NCBI GenBank assembly: GCA_963828155.1
Contig: CAWHDQ010000014.1
Location: 225,089 to 289,088 of the forward strand
Source of the DNA: an uncultured Planctomycetaceae bacterium
GTDB taxonomy: Bacteria > Planctomycetota > Planctomycetia > Pirellulales > PALSA-1355
Length of the DNA stretch: 64,000 bases
Direction of reading: 5' to 3'
Shown: positions 59,464 through 64,000 of the stretch, piece by piece
How the letters are laid out: every line of letters starts with the position of its first letter
Numbering within the stretch: position 1 is the stretch's first letter
The notes under the pieces: model-generated
Seen by the model: only the letters and a program-made list of their open reading frames with translations
Told to the model about the DNA's origin: nothing
Database searches by the model: none
Translations under genes and position numbers: made by a program

Positions 59464-59547
59464 ATGCAAGACGTCATTTTCGTGGGGCTCACGCTGGTGC
59501 TGTTCGCCCTGTCGTTCGGGGCGGTCGCCTTTTGCCAGAAGCTGTAG
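59464..59547 (+). CDS. 27-aa hydrophobic peptide upstream of kdpF
   Basis: AGGAG RBS; [27 protein letters not shown]. Confidence 0.6.
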   Translation: MQDVIFVGLTLVLFALSFGAVAFCQKL

Positions 59548-59628
59548 AGCAAGCTCGCGGCCGGCCGGCGGGACGCTTGAGGCCCGCCGGGACTGCCGGT
59601 TTCGAACCCAAGCGAGGAAGAACCGAAC

Positions 59629-59721
59629 ATGAGTGGGATTTATCTGCTGGGCGGCGTCGTCGCGGCGCTGCTCTTTGTCTACCTGTTTGTGGCCCTGCTG
59701 CGGCCGGAGTGGTTCGCATGA
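59629..59721 (+). CDS. kdpF: K+-transporting ATPase subunit F
   Basis: [30 protein letters not shown] with YL..ALL.PE.F motif; TGA overlaps kdpA ATG. Confidence 0.85.
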   Translation: MSGIYLLGGVVAALLFVYLFVALLRPEWFA

Positions 59722-61489
59722 ACGCGAATATCGTAATTCAACTGAGTCTGTACCTCGTTGTCTTGGTGCTGTTGGCCAAGCCGCTCGGGGCTTTCATGGC
59801 CCGCGTGTTCGAAGGCCGCCCCTGCGGCCTCGATCGGCTGTACGGCGGCTGCGAGCGAGCCATCTACCGGCTGTCGGGCGTCAATCCGGCCGAGGAGATG
59901 AACTGGAAGACCTACACGGTGGCGATGCTGCTGTTCAACGCCGTCGGCTTGCTGTTCGTCTATGCGTTGCAGCGCGTGCAGCATCTGCTGCCGTTCAACC
60001 CGGCCGGTCTGCCGGCGGTCGGCCCCGACTCGTCGTTCAACACGGCCGTCAGCTTTGCCACGAACACCAACTGGCAAGGCTACGGCGGCGAAGCCACGAT
60101 GAGCTACCTGACCCAGATGCTGGGTCTGGCGGTGCAAAACTTCGTTTCGGCCGCCTCGGGCATCGCCACGCTGGTGGCATTCATTCGCGGACTGTCGCGA
60201 CACACGGTCCAAACGATCGGCAACTTCTGGGTCGACCTGGTCCGTTCGACGCTCTACGTGCTGCTGCCGTTGTCGGTGGTGCTGGCCTTGGTGCTGGTCT
60301 CGCAGGGCGTGGTCCAGTCGTTCAAGCCGTATCAGACGGCCCACCTGATGGAAGCGGTCAACGACGCGGAAGGCAAGCCGGTCGTGGAACAGACGCTCCC
60401 CCTGGGGCCTGCCGCTTCGCAAGTGGCGATCAAGCAATTGGGCACCAACGGCGGCGGATTTTTCAACGTCAACTCGGCCCATCCGTTCGAGAACCCCACG
60501 CCGCTGGCGAATTTCCTCGAGCTGCTGGCGATCCTGCTGATTCCGGCCGCGCTCTGCTACACGTTCGGCGTGATGGTCGGCGACACCCGGCAAGGCTGGG
60601 CGATCCTGGCCGCGATGCTGGTGCTGTTCGTGCCGCTGCTGTTCCTCTCCGCCTGGAGCGAGCAGCAGGGCACGCCGCAGCTGGCCAAGGCCGGCGCCGA
60701 TCAAACGCCGGGCCCCGGCCAGTCGGGCGGCAACATGGAAGGCAAGGAAACCCGCTTCGGGATCGCCAATTCGGCCCTCTGGGCCGCGACGACCACGGCC
60801 GCCTCGAACGGCAGCGTCAACGCGATGCACGACTCGTTCACCCCGCTGGGCGGGCTGGTCCCGATGTGGCTCATTCAGCTGGGCGAAGTGATTTTCGGCG
60901 GCGTCGGCAGCGGACTGTACGGCATGCTCGTGTTTGCGATCATCGCCGTGTTCGTGGCCGGGCTGATGGTCGGCCGCACGCCCGAGTACCTGGGCAAGAA
61001 GATCGAAGCCTACGAAATGAAAATGGCCGCGATCGTGATTCTGGTGCCGCCGCTGGTGGTGCTGGTGGGGGCCGCGGTGGCTGTGGCCGGGCCAGGACTC
61101 CATTACACCGATCCCGCCACGGGCGCTCAGGCGGACAATGTTCCCAATCCTGCGCTCACGGCTTTTCGGAAGTGCTCTATGCCTTCAGCTCGGCCGGCAA
61201 CAACAACGGCAGCGCCTTTGGCGGCCTGAGCGCCAACACGCCGTTCTACAACGTGGCCCTGGGCCTGGCGATGTTCTTTGCCCGTTACTGGCTGGCGATT
61301 CCGACGTTGGCGATCGCCGGCTCGCTGGCCCGCAAGAAACACACGCCCCCCAGCGCGGGCACGTTGCCGACGCACACGCCGCTGTTCGTGGTGCTGCTGG
61401 TGAGCGTGGTGGCGATTGTCGGCGCGCTGACGTTCATTCCGGCGCTTGCCTTGGGGCCGATCGTCGAACAGTTGCAGATGTATCAGTAG
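59718..61489 (+). CDS. kdpA: K+-transporting ATPase subunit A (frameshift ~61150)
   Basis: '[10 protein letters not shown]', '[11 protein letters not shown]', 'SNGSVN', 'GGVGSG', '[10 protein letters not shown]'. Confidence 0.95.
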
Positions 61490-61551
61490 GTAAGAACACG
61501 AGCCGGCCCTCCTGGGTGCCGGATTCTTCGTCGCAATAAAGGTCAGGTATC

Positions 61552-63627
61552 ATGACTTCGCAGACCAAAGCCCGGTCGCTGTTCGATCCGCAGATCGTCC
61601 GCCGGGCGATGTGGGAATCGGTAAAGAAACTCGACCCGCGCCACCAACTTCGCAACCCGGTGATGTTCACCGTCTGGGTCGGCAGCGTGCTGACCACGTT
61701 TCTCGGGTTCCAGGCTCTGGCCAGCCACGGCGAAGAATCGGCCGGATTCGTCTTCGGCGTCTCCGCCTGGCTCTGGTTCACCGTGCTGTTCGCCAACTTC
61801 GCCGAGGCGATGGCCGAGGGCCGCGGCAAGGCCCAGGCCGATTCGCTCCGCGCCGCCCGCCGCGACGTGATGGCCAAGAAGCTGGCCACCGCCAGCCGCG
61901 ACGCCAAGTACGTGATGATCGACGCTCCGCGGCTGCGCAAGGGGGACATTCTGCTCGTCGAGGCCGGCGACCAGGTGCCCGTCGACGGCGAAGTGATCGA
62001 AGGCATTGCCTCGGTCGACGAGAGCGCCATCACCGGCGAAAGCGCGCCGGTCATCCGCGAAAGCGGCGGCGACCGCTCCAGCGTCACCGGCGGCACCCGG
62101 GTGCTGAGCGACTGGATCGTGATGCGGGTCACGGCCGATCCCGGCGAGACATTCCTCGACCGGATGATCGCCCTGGTCGAAGGGGCCAAGCGGCAGAAGA
62201 CGCCCAACGAAATCGTGCTCGACATTTTGCTCGCCGCGATGACGATCATCTTCCTGTTGGCCTGCGTGACGCTGCTGCCGTTTTCGATCTACAGCGTGCA
62301 GGCGGCCGGGCAGGGCACGCCGGTCACCGTGACAGTGCTGGTCGCCCTGTTGGTGTGCCTCATTCCCACCACGATCGGCGGGCTGCTCTCGGCCATCGGC
62401 ATCGCCGGCATGGACCGGATGATCCAGGCCAACGTGATCGCCGTTTCCGGACGGGCGGTCGAAGCCGCCGGCGACGTCGACGTGCTGTTGTTGGACAAGA
62501 CCGGCACGATCACGCTCGGCAATCGGCAGGCGGTCGAGTTCATTCCGATCGACGGCGTGACCGACAAGGGGCTGGCCAACGCCGCCCAGATGTCGTCGCT
62601 GGCCGACGAAACCCCCGAGGGCCGCAGCATCGTCGTGCTGGCCAAGGAGCGGTACGGCCTCCGCGGGCACAACCTCAGCGAGTTGCACGCCGAGTTCATT
62701 CCCTTTTCCGCCCAGACGCGGATCAGCGGCGTCAACATCGACGGCAAGCGGCTGCGCAAGGGCTCGACCGACGCGATCGAGAATTTCGTCCGCGAGCTGG
62801 GGGGCGACCTACCCGACGAGCTGCGGCGCACCGTCGAACGCATTGCGATGCAAGGCGGCACGCCGCTGGTCGTGGCCGAAGACCGCAAGCCGTTGGGAGT
62901 GATCTACCTGAAAGACATCGTCAAAGGGGGGATCAAGGACCGGTTTGCCGAGATGCGGCAGATGGGCATCAAGACCGTGATGATCACGGGCGACAACCCG
63001 CTGACGGCCGCGGCGATCGCCGCCGAAGCCGGCGTCGACGATTTTCTGGCCCAGGCCACGCCCGAGGCCAAGCTGCGGATGATTCGCGACTATCAGGCCG
63101 GCGGCCGGCTGGTGGCGATGACCGGCGACGGCACGAACGACTCGCCCGCGTTGGCCCAGGCCGACGTCGCCGTGGCGATGAACAGCGGCACTCAAGCTGC
63201 GAAAGAGGCCGGCAACATGGTCGACCTCGACTCGAACCCGACCAAGCTGATCGAGATCGTCGAGATCGGCAAGCAACTGTTGATGACCCGCGGGGCGCTG
63301 ACCACGTTCAGCATCGCCAACGACGTGGCCAAGTACTTCGCGATCATCCCGGCCGCGTTCGCCGGCACGTATCCGGTGCTCAAACAGTTGAACGTCATGC
63401 ACCTGGCCACGGCGAACAGTGCGATTCTGTCGGCGGTGATCTTCAACGCCTTGATCATCATCTTCCTGATACCGCTCGCGCTCCGCGGCGTGAAATATCG
63501 GGCCGTCGGCGCCGGCACGCTGCTCCGCGACAACCTGCTGATCTACGGCCTGGGGGGGCTCATTGTGCCGTTCCCCGGCATCAAGCTGGTCGACATGCTG
63601 CTGGTCGCCCTGGGGTTGGCGGGTTAA
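61552..63627 (+). CDS. kdpB: K+-transporting P-type ATPase subunit B
   Basis: 'TGES', 'CLIPTTIG', 'DKTGT', 'TGDGTND'. Confidence 0.97.
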   Translation: MTSQTKARSLFDPQIVRRAMWESVKKLDPRHQLRNPVMFTVWVGSVLTTFLGFQALASHGEESAGFVFGVSAWLWFTVLFANFAEAMAEGRGKAQADSLRAARRDVMAKKLATASRDAKYVMIDAPRLRKGDILLVEAGDQVPVDGEVIEGIASVDESAITGESAPVIRESGGDRSSVTGGTRVLSDWIVMRVTADPGETFLDRMIALVEGAKRQKTPNEIVLDILLAAMTIIFLLACVTLLPFSIYSVQAAGQGTPVTVTVLVALLVCLIPTTIGGLLSAIGIAGMDRMIQANVIAVSGRAVEAAGDVDVLLLDKTGTITLGNRQAVEFIPIDGVTDKGLANAAQMSSLADETPEGRSIVVLAKERYGLRGHNLSELHAEFIPFSAQTRISGVNIDGKRLRKGSTDAIENFVRELGGDLPDELRRTVERIAMQGGTPLVVAEDRKPLGVIYLKDIVKGGIKDRFAEMRQMGIKTVMITGDNPLTAAAIAAEAGVDDFLAQATPEAKLRMIRDYQAGGRLVAMTGDGTNDSPALAQADVAVAMNSGTQAAKEAGNMVDLDSNPTKLIEIVEIGKQLLMTRGALTTFSIANDVAKYFAIIPAAFAGTYPVLKQLNVMHLATANSAILSAVIFNALIIIFLIPLALRGVKYRAVGAGTLLRDNLLIYGLGGLIVPFPGIKLVDMLLVALGLAG

Positions 63628-63711
63628 CCAAACGAACCTCCACCTCCCGCCAGCCCTTTGGGCGGCCTTTTGCGAAACGCGAATAACTGAGTTACTAAGG
63701 AAACCAAGATC

Positions 63712-64000
63712 ATGTGGTCTCAACTTCGTCCGGCCCTGTGCGTGTTCGTCCTGCTGACGATCGCTACCGGCCTGGTGTATCCGCTGCTCGTGACGCTGGT
63801 GGCTCAAACCATCTTCCCGCACCGGGCCGATGGCAGCCTGATCGTCGATGCCCAGGGGGAGATCGTCGGTTCGGAATTGATCGGCCAGCCGTTCAGCGAT
63901 CCGAAATACTTTTGGAGCCGCCCCTCGGCTACCGGCCCTGTGCCGTACAACGCGTCCGCTTCGAGCGGCTCGAACCTGGGCCCGACCAATCCGGCCCTGG
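63712..64000 (+). CDS. kdpC: K+-transporting ATPase subunit C (partial)
   Basis: Hand translation MWSQLRPALC...YPLLVT...GSELIGQPF..PKYFWSRPSA...SSGSNLGPTNPAL. Confidence 0.92.
   Translation, partial: MWSQLRPALCVFVLLTIATGLVYPLLVTLVAQTIFPHRADGSLIVDAQGEIVGSELIGQPFSDPKYFWSRPSATGPVPYNASASSGSNLGPTNPAL

Overview
High-GC bacterial chromosome segment, most likely Planctomycetota (Pirellulales-like). This is inferred from the double-length UvrA, FSLRT/NPY N-terminal motif proteins, a prenyltransferase-repeat protein next to exbBD, and an extended PilM plus giant secretin. About 30 single-base frameshifts hit even essential genes (carB, argD, uvrA, lptF/G, kdpA), so they are treated as long-read indel errors and the genes are reported stitched. 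Contents, in order: MATE; LptF/G; an exbB-3x exbD motor locus with a TonB-like SxxxH protein ending in a terpene-cyclase-type barrel, a large TPR-like protein and a lysine-free lipoyl domain; a CBM9/DOMON-like protein; tandem uvrA; amidase; rph; an orphan Imm32-like gene; argBDF; a pilM-X-Y-secretin operon; a divergent lysine-catabolism cluster (LysDH-like, ALDH7 and an unannotated HglS/HPPD-like metalloenzyme); an NHL protein; cynS; a DUF433/PIN TA pair with a nonsense codon in the toxin; carB; an LRR lipoprotein; a tautomerase; an orphan secretin-N protein; a TPR protein; lpxA; a Zn-finger protein; and kdp(Z)FABC. Several REP/MITE-like palindromic elements sit in convergent intergenic gaps. 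The best candidates for new biology are the receptor-less ExbBD motor with the TonB-cyclase-fold hybrid and the putative new 2-oxoadipate dioxygenase family. No rRNA, tRNA, CRISPR array or intact transposase was seen. All family calls come from motif recognition; no database searches were run.
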